Part shown: in pieces, positions 35,634 through 46,668 of the stretch
Numbering within the stretch: position 1 is the first letter of the stretch
How the letters are laid out: each line of letters begins with the position of its first letter
From: Pristiophorus japonicus
Taxonomy: Eukaryota
Assembly (NCBI RefSeq): GCF_044704955.1
Contig: NC_091979.1
Location: 317,564,001-317,628,000, forward strand
Length of the DNA: 64,000 nt
Reading direction: 5' to 3'
Position numbers and translations under genes: made by a program
Notes under the pieces: generated by a model
What the model saw: the letters and a program-made list of their open reading frames with translations, nothing else
The model's database searches: none
Told to the model about the DNA's origin: nothing

Positions 35634-38050
35634 AACATAAGAACATAAGAACTTAAGAATTAGGAACAGGAGTAGGCCATCTAGCCCCTCGAGCCTGCTC
35701 TGCCATTCAACAAGATCATAGCTGATCTGGCCGTGGACTCAGCTCCACTTACCTGCCCGCTCCCCTTAACCTTTAATTACCTTATTGGTTAAAAATCTAT
35801 CTATCTGTGATTTGAATACATTCAATGAGCTAGTCTCAACTGCTTCCTTGGGCAGAGAATTCCACAGATTCACAACCCTCTGGGAGAAGAAATTCCTTCT
35901 CAACTTGGTTTTAAATTGGCTCCCCCGTATTTTGAGGCTGTGCCCCCTAGTTCTAGTCTCCCCGACCAGTGGAAACAACCTCTCTGCCTCTATCTTTTCT
36001 ATCCCTTTCATTATTTTAAATGTTTCTTTAAGATCACCCCTCATCCTTCTGAACTCAGAGTAAAGACCCAGTTTACTCAATCTATCATCATAAGGTAACC
36101 CTCTCATCTCTGGAATCAGCCAAGTGAAACGTCTCTGTACCATCTCCAAAGCTAGTATATCCTTCCTTAAGTAAGGTGACCAAAATTGCACGCAATACTC
36201 CAGGTGCGGACTCACTAATACCCTATACAGTTGCAGCAGGACCTCCCTGCTTTTGTACTCCATCCCTCTCGCAATGAAGGCCAACATTCCATTCGCCTTC
36301 ATGATTACCTGCTGCACCTGCAAACTAACTTTTTGGGATTCATGCACAAGGAGCCAACGTCCGCCACGCGGCCGATGCCATCGAGTCGCTAAAAACAGCT
36401 CTGGGCCCTGACTCCGTTAGGTGCATCGAGGAGGCTCAAGCACGTGGGGAGATCCCGTCCGAACTGACCCCCGTCCGGACGGAATTCCTCATCGGCGCCA
36501 AACCCCGGAACCTCCCTCGGGGGCCGGCGCCTCACAACTTGAGCCGCCTCCGGGAAATCCCCTCCGTGCCTTTCAGTTCCGCGCGGAGGGGTTTCCTGTA
36601 CGGGCTGCTCCTGCACACCCTCAACTTTGCCATCCTCGCCGGCCGTCCGGACACGCCATGGCGCACCATCTTGCCGTCCGGAGGAGGCGGGGGTCCCCGA
36701 TGGAGGGCACTCTACGCAGGGGTCCTCCCACTATTCATCGGGGACTTGGCCTGGAGGGTGGTGCACGGAGCAGTGCCGTGCAATAAATTTTTAAGCCGGT
36801 TCACGGACTCCCAGGCCGCTTGCAATTTCTGCGGTCTGGAGGAGTCCGTGTTCCATGTTTTTATTGAATGCACGAGGTTGCAGCCCCTGTTCCACTATTT
36901 GAAGGGGCTGCTCCTGAAATTCTGGCTGCACTTCAGTCCCACTCTCCTGATCTTTGGGCACCCTGTGCGGAGGGGAGCGGGTAGGTCCGAAGGCCTCCTC
37001 GTAGGACTGCTCCTGGGCACGGCCAAGGGTGCCATCAGCCGGTCCAGGCAGCGGGCGGTCGAGGGGGTCGTTCAACCTGACTGCCTGCCTCTCTTCCGCT
37101 CTTACATCCGGTCCAGGGTGTCCTTGGAGATGGAGCACGCGGTGTCCACCGGTACGCTCGCGGCCTTCCGCGAGAGGTGGGCACCGGAGGGACTGGAGTG
37201 CATCATCACGCCCGGCAACCAAATTTTAATTTGATTTTACGTTTTAAAGTTTAATTTGTTTTAATTGCCGGTGCTTTTAGTGTCCCCCTTCCCTTTTATA
37301 GGGGGCACTGGGGAAAAATTGTGATTTTAGTGCCCAAAAAAAAAACAAAAGAAAAAAGAAAAAACACAAAAAAAAAACAAAAAAGGGGGGAAAAAAAGGG
37401 CCTTGTAAATGTCTGGAGTGTCACCCAGGTCGGGTGGCACCGTTTAATGTCTTTATGTTTTGCAGGTAAACTCAAAAGAGTTTCATGCACAAGGACCCCC
37501 AGGTCCCTCTGCACCGCAGCATGTTGCAATTTCTCCCCATTTAAATAAGATTCCCTTTTACTGTTTTTTTTTCCAAGGTGGATGACCTCACATTTTCCGA
37601 CATTGTATTCCATCTGCCAAACCTTAGCCCATTCGCTTAACCTATCTAAAGCTCTTTGCAGCCTCTCTGTGTCCTCTACACAACCCGCTTTCCCACTAAT
37701 CGTTGTGTCATCTGCAAATTTTGTTACACTACACTCTGTCCCCTCTTCCAGGTCAACTATGTATATTGTTAACAGTTGTGGTCCCAGCACCGATCCCTGT
37801 GGCACACTACTAACCACTGATTTCCAACCCGAAAAGGACTCATTTATCACGACTCTCTGCTTTCTGTTAGCCAGCCAATTCTCGATCCATGCTAATACAT
37901 TTCCTCTGACTCCGCGTACCTTTATCTTCTGCAGTAACCTTTTGTGTGGCACCTTATCGAATGCCTTTTGGAAATCTAAATACACCACATCCATCGGTAC
38001 ACCTCTATCCACCATGCTCGTTATATCTTCAAAGAATTCCAGTAAATTAG
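35634..38050 (-). mobile_element. CR1 LINE 3' half, interrupted by a Tx1 element
   Basis: YLDFQKAFDKVPH...QRDLGVLVHE (37296-38015 ORF) continues as HESQKVSLQV...HLEYCVQFWSP (35766-36347 ORF); (CATAAGAA)n tail at about 35634. Confidence 0.93.
36353..37481 (+). mobile_element. 5'-truncated Tx1-clade (L1 group) non-LTR retrotransposon with 14-bp target-site duplication
   Basis: ORF2 C-terminal zinc knuckle 'DLAWRVVHGAVPCN...CNFCGLEESVFHVFIECTRL', open to its stop at 37234; A-rich 3' UTR; TTCATGCACAAGGA duplicated at 36339-36352 and 37482-37495. Confidence 0.88.
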
Positions 38051-38826
38051 CTACAAGAGTTCAATCAAAAGGTGGAAGAACACAAATTAGTTGAACAAGC
38101 ATTGCAGAAGTCCCCTGATCTTCCATATGTAACTCGTTACGCAGCAAAATTTTACAGAAGAGAAGATGTGGAAAAAGCTGTGGAGCTGTTGAAGAAAGCA
38201 TTAGAAATTAGCCCAAACTCTACCTTCATACACCACCAAATAGGTCTGTGTCACAGAAAAAAACTACGTCAACTGATCAAATATCCAGGCAGCAAAGACC
38301 CTCGCAATCCTGCTTTTCAACAGAAAGCTGAGTTGATCAAACTATGCAAGTACTAGTTTGAAAAGGCATTTGAGCCCCGCCCATTAACATCTATTGCAGC
38401 ACAACTGGATTTTGCAAGAATCTGTATACTTGATGAAGAATATCCTGAAGCAGTGAAGATCACAGCAATCTAATGAAATTAGAATATATTCATCCAGAAA
38501 ATAAGCAGAAAATATGTTTACTGGCTGGGTTATTTCAACTGAACCAGAAAAGATAAAACCAGATGCCATCAGCCATTTTCTGGAAGGTGTCAAAGTTAAA
38601 TATGACTCAATACTACGGAAAAAAGTGTTGCAAACATTTGAAGAAGATAGCAGAATGACGACTTTGCATAAATTCAAAAGACAGCAAGGCCTTTGGTGTT
38701 CTTGGGTTACTGCACCAGCTGGATGGGGAGAAGTGTGAAGCTATTGAGTGCTTTGAAAAGGCCTTGGAGTTTGATTGTGACAATGAAGAATATCTAAGTG
38801 TTCTCTCTGAATTACGCCTTTCTATA
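38051..38826 (+). pseudogene. IFIT: IFIT-family exon 2, 3' half only (5' part replaced by CR1)
   Basis: LQEFNQKVEEHKLVEQALQKSPDLPYVTRYAAKFYRR...HHQIGLCHRKK, nearly identical to the 17.9-18.3 kb copy; premature TAG at 38354-38356; further frameshifts; ends EEYLSVLSELRLSI, like the IFIT5 C-terminus. Confidence 0.9.
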
Positions 38827-41800
38827 TCGGCAACGCTGATTTTCCCAGCTAAAACTAAACACATTTCTGAAGGATGCATTAATAGTCTCTGATCTATGAG
38901 AAGGTTTGTTCGGGTACTCACTTCACATGTTATATTCTGCTGGCACTTGCTTTCGAATGAACATTTTACTTGTGTGTATAATTTTCAAACGATGATCTTA
39001 TTGTAATTATTTTAAATTCCTGTGCTTCATTCAAGAATATTGACACCACTGGAGCACTACCCAAATAGGATGTGTTTCCATATCCTTAGACCTTTTGCTA
39101 TGTGTGGAATTAAACAAATCAATGTAGGTTTGGGGGAATTAGAGTTAATTGGGCCAATTGGACAGAGCCACAATAGTTGTTTATGAATTGGAGGAACTGT
39201 TTTTAAAACAAAAATACACATTACATGGGCCTGATTTTAACTCCAGACGGGTTTTGGGTGGGTGAGTGGTGAGGGGAATGGGAAACTCACCTGTTGCTGC
39301 AGATATCGGGCCCGGGGTATTTTAAATCCCCAACTTCATTATCGTGCGGCCAGTCCACTTCCCTCCCGTACGGCGTGCAGGTCGGTGCGTTGAAGGAGTT
39401 TCGGGGAGGGTCTCGGGGGAAGGACTGATGAGGGGGAAAATGTAGTTGTGCCTCGTTCGGGAGCAGGAACACTCGCGAGGTGTGAGACTTTGAACCAGGC
39501 GCACAAGTCTTGCCTCTCGTGAGAAATTGGGTTTACCACCACAAAAGGAAGTGGGGCACAAAATAACGCACTCCACTTCCTTTCTGGGGCGGTAGTGAGG
39601 TGAACGGATTGGGAGCAGGGCACAGCACTACACACTGGGCCACTTACTGCTTCCACGTAGGAGGGACTCTTCCCTTAATGAAAGGGAAGCGACCAAGCTT
39701 CAAACTCTGCAGGAATGACAGGGTCCTACCTGGACCAGTGAGGAGTGGGGGTGCTGTGTCCAAAGCAGAGTGCCGCACTGAATGATCGGGGCATGGACCG
39801 TATTCAAAGCACCAATGGGGTTCAGGATAAAATCGCCATCATTTTTTCTTTAATGACCCACACCTCCCCGGTACATGTCCCCTGAAGCTGTCGATGGCAT
39901 TGCTTGGCACAGCTTCAGGGGCTGATACCTAATTTACAGTCCGGGGCACTAACGGGACACAGCGGAGAGGGGCACTACAGGTTATTGCCACCACTAAACG
40001 CTCGCGGAAATTAGTGGGACCAGTTCGTGGAGCCGCGCACAGGCTAAAAGTCATTTGCACCCCAATGGGGCACTAACGGGAGGCGCTAATGCCCCAAATT
40101 ACCAGGCCATATTCTTTTTATGGTAATGATGGTGTAAAAAAAATCTCCAATCCAGCCCATAGAGGGTGCAATAAAACCACTCTGTCGACCTATCTTTCAC
40201 TTGCTGCCTCTTCACAATAAAGTCCCCCATCGGGTGAAAGGCTTTCCATGTGTACCAGCTGAGAGAGGACCAACGACCACTGCAGGCCCTTCAAATAAAT
40301 CATCAGCTTGATTCTGTTGCTGTGAAGCTTTGCTGACAGACGATTGGGCTCCCATCCAGAGCGTTCATTCAGATCTCAGCCTCTGTCACTGGGAGTCTCC
40401 CTGCCCTGTAACTGGTCAGCTGCACCTGCTCTTCATCAAACCTTCTGTGTCCCTCATTGGCCAACACAGAGCAGCTTGGACAATACCCGGGAAAGTCCCT
40501 TTTCCAGAGACTGTCACTATCACGATGAAGGGAAACGCAGTGGAGGGAGGAAAGTTAAAGGATATAGAAATAGGTTCAAATGGGTTAAAAAGCAATAAAA
40601 CGCAATGGCTGCAGACACTGATTGTCCAAACAGAGAATGTAATATGAGAGAGTGAATATTAAATAACCAATAAAATAAAACTGTGGCAAAGATTTAATTT
40701 CTGTTGTTGATCTGATGGGAAAAACCTGCACGATATTTTCTGGCAGTCGGTAATGTTTATGGCCATTTGCCACCATTTGGCGAACGGCAATTCATACATT
40801 TCATCTTGGTCACCACAGAGCCGATTGGGCCAAAGATGAGCAGAAGTCCATTTTATGGAGACTGTCGTCATCTCAGCTAAAGGAAGACACAGTAGACGGA
40901 GGAAAGCTAAGAGGATATAAGAAGAGTTTCAAAATAATGAAAACGTTATCATTACAGACACAGATTCTGCCAACAGAAGTCACACACGCCAATGATACTT
41001 GCCGGTTACAACCCAGACAGCAATGATCCTCTGCCAGTGAGGATGGTTTACAATCCCCCATTTGCCGATTTGGCAATTTTGTAAAGAAAAGGTAAAGTTC
41101 ATTGAAACATTTTGTTCCTCCTAGTAGTAGATTCTCTGCTGCTGACGAGAAAATTAAGTTTTAAAATTAATTCCCAAAGGAAATAGAGAATAAGTTGCAA
41201 TAAAATTGAACCAATGAACCTTCCTTTTTTGTCAAAATATTAAAAGATAATCCAATGCCCAAGCTCATTATAGAATCCAATGTATTTGAAAATGCACAAA
41301 ATAAGTTGTTAAAAAGCATTTTGGAGTTCACATCTTTTTTGAGGGTTGAGTCAGGTTCTTTGAAAGAGTTGATGAGCTTTTGCTACTTGTCGAAGTGTGG
41401 AAATTATGGGAAGTGCATGTGATTGGCTGTTGATGGAAGACAGGATGGACATTGGTGTGGTGTCCCACATAGTCAAACACCCTGCTACACTCGATGGTCT
41501 CCCATCAATAATGGGCCCCTGGGTGAGGTACTGGAGGGTGACCAGTGCCCATGGGACTGTGTCCCACAAGGGAGTCAACACCTTAAGGAGCGGAGAGAAG
41601 GGCAACAAATAGCAGAGAAAACGGGTAAGAAACAAAAACCTTTCTGGTTACTGGGTGTTCCCAGGCCCCAGGATGTATTTTCTGGCACTGCACAGGTGTC
41701 CTCTCCACCTCTAACCCAGAGGTGACTGCTGGGATGTTCTGGAAAACTTACACATTCATACATTCACACAAAAGTGCAGAGCAACAGTGTGAGTGAGAGC

Positions 41801-42024
41801 CACAATGTGATCCGATTGTGAGCTCCCTCAGTGCATTCCCACTGCAGCCTTCCTTCCTCCTTCCTACCCTCGGTGTGGAAGAAGTGCTTCCTGATTTCTC
41901 TCATCATAAGTGTAACTAATTATAAGACTCTGCTCCCTTGTTCTGAATTCCCCACCAGAGGAAATAGTTTCTCTGTATTGACCCGATCGAATCCCATTAT
42001 CATTTTAAACACCTCAATTAGCGG

Positions 42025-42300
42025 TGAGGCCATTGAGGGATTTGAAAACAAGGATGAGAATTTTAAAAGCGAGGCGTTGCCGGATGGAGCCAATGCAAGT
42101 CAGCGAACACAGGGGTGATGGGTGAATGGGACTTGGTGCGAGTTCGGATACGGGCACAGAGTTTTGGATAAGCTCAAGTTTACAGAGGGTGCAAGGTGGG
42201 AGGCCGGCCAGGAGAGCATTGGAATAGTCGAGTCTCGAGATAATTAAAGCGAGGATGAATGTTTCAGCAGCAGATGAGCTGAGGCAGAGTCGGAGACGGT
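42025..42300 (-). mobile_element. L2 RT C-terminal fragment (duplicate at about 47757-48030)
   Basis: Homologous to positions about 640-870 of the 3159-bp unit. Confidence 0.75.
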
Positions 42301-43962
42301 AAACGATACGATATTACAAACACTGAGCAATGCTGGTTCCTGTCCAGAGGGGACGACTGTTTTACATTTCTCTCGAGTTCAAATGAATTAAAATCAGGAG
42401 AGATGTTTAACAGGCCGTCGACTCACTACTACCCAGTTTACGCAGTCGCTCAAAGTCAAGCTCACTCCAGAGTCTGGGGTCAGGGAGCTAAAATGGCCCA
42501 GCCCTCACACTGAGGAGTCCGTGGAGATTTCCCTCTCTACTCACAACCCAGGCCCCAAGTTAAAATCAGGGCAATTAAAGCCTGTTATAAAGTGGAAACG
42601 AGTATTCTGTAAGTGACTTGATCCTCTTTTCAGACTTTGAAGAAGGGTCTATTCTGTGACAAATGGTAATGTAGCAGGGACTTCCTAATGACAGTCGAAA
42701 GCAATCTCAATTGTCATTTATTTCCATGGCAACAGAAAATAAACACGACTTTAAATTCCTGCCTAAGGTCCCATGGAATCTGACTGCACTTACTGTCGAT
42801 TCACAAATAAAACCAACCTCCAGATGGAAAGAGATCAGATGTCGTTAGTTTGACTTTCCAGGTCCAGTTTCTGAGTTATCAATTCTGGTTGGAGGCATTG
42901 CTGGAGATTTGATCATGTGACATTTGATCACATGTCACCTGACCGTGTGATGCCTGACCATATGGCATCTGACCACATGACATCTGATCATGTGACGCAT
43001 GATCACGACATCTGATCATGTGACACCTGATCACATGACTTGTACAAAGGCGATTGGGAAGGAAATTGTGGTCAGGCATCCTTTGGACGAACGCCTCGGA
43101 CCCGGAAAAATTTTCGGAAAATAGCTGGTAGTCATGGAGGAGCCTACGATTGCGGTCGGAGGCTTTCATTCGCTGCACAGCGTACGGGGAGATGACTTCC
43201 CCGTACGTACGGAAACGCTGGAGTCACATGGGCCTGGACCGCCAATCACTGGGTAGTATTCTCATTGATAAAAATGGGAACTCGGTTTTTACAAGTTCCC
43301 ATTACTATCGATGAGGAATCCCTCCTAAAACAAGAAACACAGCATAATAAATTAAAAACAACTCACATATTTAAAATTAATTGAAATTAAATGTAACTAA
43401 GTGTTTTAGAAAAAATATATATTTTTTGAATTTTTTTAATGTATTTGAATAGAGTTAAAAAAATTAACTTATCTTAATGGAGAGGGATTTTACATAAAAT
43501 TGAATAACTAAATAAAAATGTTATATGTTTCGAAAGTGTTACGCTGGTAAAAGTAAGCTATGCGCCTGCTTTTACCAGGAGTAAAAGTTTGAAGGACATT
43601 CGCTGGGCATGAGTTGGGCAAATAGCCCAATCTCTGCCACACAAAATTTCCTTATCCCGGGATGTGCTCGTTGACGGATCGGAAAAGCCGGTTTTCAGCG
43701 CATGTGCATCTTGCCACGAAAACCGACTTTTGTGATCCCTCGCCAGGTCTGTGCGCACATCGTACGGACCCGGCAAGGCTGCAATTTTCAGCCCAATTGC
43801 GTTTACCTTATAACCGTTACGTTCCCTGGAGTTGAGTATTTTTACTTGTGGTTACATGCCAGCAGCTGGTGGGCGATAACTTCCAAGAACCAGGAGACCA
43901 CCCGTGAGCAGACGGATAAGGGAATCCGAGGGTGGAAAAAGGGGGAATCTGAGGACCGGGAA

Positions 43963-44582
43963 TAGGGGAAACCGAGGGCGGGGTACCGGGGAAACCGAGG
44001 GCAGGGTACAGGGGAAACCGAGGGTGGGGTACCGGGGAAACCGAGGGTGGGGTACAGGGGAAACCGAGGGCGGGGAATGGAAGAACCGAGGGTGGGGTAC
44101 AGGGGAAACCGAGGGTGGGGTACCGGGGAAACCGAGGGTGGGGTACAGGGGAGACCGAGGGTGGGGCACAGGGGAAACCGAGGGTGGGGTACAGGGGAAA
44201 CCGAGGGCGGGGTACAGGGGAAACCGAGGGCGGGGCACAGGGGAAACCGAGGGCGGGGCACAGGGGAAACCGAGGTTGGGGTACAGGGGAAACCGAGGGT
44301 GGGGTACAGGAGAAACCGCAGGCGGGGTACAGGGGAAACCGAGGGCGGGGTACAGGGGAAACCGAGGGTGGGGTACAGGGGAAACCGAGGGGGGGGGGTA
44401 CAGGGGAAACCGAGGGGGGGGTACAGGGGAAACCGAGGGTGGGGTACAGGGGAAACCGAGGGGGGGGTACAGGGGAAACCGAGGGCGGGGTACAGGGGAA
44501 ACCGAGGGTGGGGTACAGGGGAAACCGAGGGGGGGGTACAGGGGAAACCGAGGGGGGGGTACAGGGGAAACCGAGGGTGGGT
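43963..44582 (+). repeat. 23-bp G-rich minisatellite (GGGGTACAGGGGAAACCGAGGGT)n
   Basis: Repeat read directly; 23-aa periodicity. Confidence 0.95.
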
Positions 44583-45597
44583 GAGCAATTTGCAGAGGGG
44601 AAACCAGAAGTCAAAGGAATTTTTTTCCACCAGTAAAGAATGGTAACTCACTGAAATTGTACTGATGACTAACAGTAATACTGGTATCACTCAGATTCCC
44701 CTCACAATCAACAGTAATACAATAACTGATTGATAGTCTATATGTTACAAGCAGTAATAGGTGTAATGTCTCTCTATCCTACATGTAACTAGCAGTAATA
44801 CTTTAACCCACTGATACTCACCCTGAAACCATACCCAGAATCCCCCTGCACTGCACCAGGTGAGGTCAGGCTCCTCAGTTGAAGCCACATTTAACAGGCC
44901 CAGTCGCTCTCTCTCTCTCTATCTCCTTGGAATCTGGTTTGGTCTCCGGTTCCGTGTGAAGATGACAATTCTGAACTGGGAACCTCAGTCTGAGCTGATC
45001 TGTACTTGGACTTCACACGTCAAACCCGGCCGACACAGACCCACCTGAACCAAACCGAGAGATTGCACAAAGGCCAGTGAGCTCAGTGTTTGGGGCACTT
45101 CTCACAGGGCACATTGTCCTAAACTCAGCTCAGCACCAACATTTCTAAACCGCTCCATGTGCTCGGTCTCAATAAAGGAGGGTTTGCATAGAATTATAGA
45201 AATGACTGCACAGGAGGAGACCATTCGGTCTCGGAGCTCGCACTCTCTTCTGTAATCCCATTCCCCCCCCAGATCTTTTTATATTCTTCCTTTTCAAATA
45301 TTTATCCCATTCCCTTTAGGTTTTAGATGCTACCTCAATAGCTACATGTAGTGAAGGATCCCACGGTCCAATAGCCCTTCCTCCTCCCTGCCCCCTTGTT
45401 TCTTCCAGTGAGAATCCTTGGTTTCTGTTCCCTAGTTCCCCATTCGCCCACCACTGGAAATAATCTTTCACTATTTACCCACAGTAAGGTCCCCAGGTTT
45501 CACTCACCCCTTTACTGGCTGCTCCTCTCTGTGTCACTCCCACTCACCACGTTGCTGCTGCTCCCGGCTCTGTGGGAAATACTGGAACCCACACCCA

Positions 45598-46230
45598 CCC
45601 CATTCCCCAGTCTCACTCTCCCCGAGCCCCCATTCTCCAGTCTCCCTCACCCTGAGCTCCCATTCCCCAGTCTCCCTCTCCCCGAGCCCCCATTCCCCAG
45701 TCTCTCTCTCCCCAAGCCCCCATTCCCCAGTCTCCCTCTCTCCCCGAGCCCCCATTCCCCAGTCTCCCTCTCCCAGAGCCCCCATTCCCTAGTCTCTCTC
45801 TCCCCGAGCCCCCATTCCCCAGTCTGCCTCTCCCCAAGCCCCAGTCTCCCTCTCTCCCCGAGCCCATATTCCCCAGTCTCCCTCTCTCCCCAAGCCCCCA
45901 TTCCCCTGTCTCCCTCTCCCCGAGCCCCCATTCCCCAGTCTCCCTCTCCCCGAGCCCCCATTCCCCAGTCTCCCTCTCCCCGAGCCTCCATTCCCCAATC
46001 TCCCAAGCCCCGAATCCCCAGTCTCCCGAAACATGAACCCCCATTCCCCCGAACCCCCATTCTCCAGTCTCCCCGACCCCCCATTCCCCAGTCTCCCTCT
46101 CCCCGAGCACCCATTCCCCACTCTCCCTCTCTCCCCAAGCCCCCATTCCCCAGTCTCCCTCTCCCCGAGCTCCCATTCCCCACTCTCCCTCTCTCCCCAA
46201 GCCCCCATTCCCCAGTCTCTCCCCTTCCCC
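45598..46230 (-). repeat. 30-bp G-rich minisatellite (C-rich on plus)
   Basis: Reverse complement of the 19.6 and 27.5 kb satellite. Confidence 0.95.
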
Positions 46231-46522
46231 AAACCTCCCAACTTGTCGCTGCTCTCGTTTTTGTGGTCGAGTGACATCACCGAGCCAGAGGTCCCACTGA
46301 GCAGCAGCCAGTGAGGTCACGGAGCGGGGGAGGGGTGGGTGGATGCACTGCGGCGGGAAATTTAAATCACTGATCTCACGTGGTGTTGGAGGCTGTGCTC
46401 GGGAGAGAAATCCACAAAACCCATTCTAAGCCCCAAAGTTAATCCTGAAAGGTGAGGACAGAGGGACATGGAGGCTTTTCATAATACTACTAACTTCCGG
46501 ATGGCTATTCTCAGACTTGGTC

Positions 46523-46593
46523 AGTGTTACTTTCCAGTTTCACTTTCAGGAACCAATTCCTCAAAATCATGTGATTCCGGATGGTATATAAAA
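46523..46593 (+). promoter_or_regulatory. Interferon-inducible promoter: ISRE and TATA box (copy 1)
   Basis: Perfect ISRE AGTTTCACTTTC at 46536-46547, degenerate ISRE AGTGTTACTTTC at 46523-46534, TATATAAAA at 46585-46593. Confidence 0.8.
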
Positions 46594-46663
46594 TATCCGG
46601 GAATACAAACCTTGCAGTGTTCCGGCTGATCGGCTAACTGAAGGTGAAATCCAGATCAGCATC

Positions 46664-46668
46664 ATGAG
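46664..46668 (+). CDS. IFIT: IFIT first coding micro-exon (ATG AG | gtcagt), copy 1
   Basis: atcATGAG followed by donor GTCAGT, about 75 nt after the TATA box. IFIT genes characteristically carry only Met plus 2 nt in exon 1. The phase fits the exon-2 acceptor seen at 18910 (ATG AG|C AAC = M-S-N). Confidence 0.72.

Noticed and set aside
39225-40110. Putative Harbinger-type MITE ends (gggcctgatttt..., ...aaattaccaggcc); similar ends near 11030, 13790 and 43795
   Set aside because: Probably old non-autonomous elements, but I could not pair termini or TSDs confidently.
40540-41080. Hydrophobic minus-strand reading and a weak internal repeat ('ggaggaaag.taa.ggata') suggesting a membrane-protein pseudo-exon
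   Set aside because: Stops in frame and no family I can recognise.
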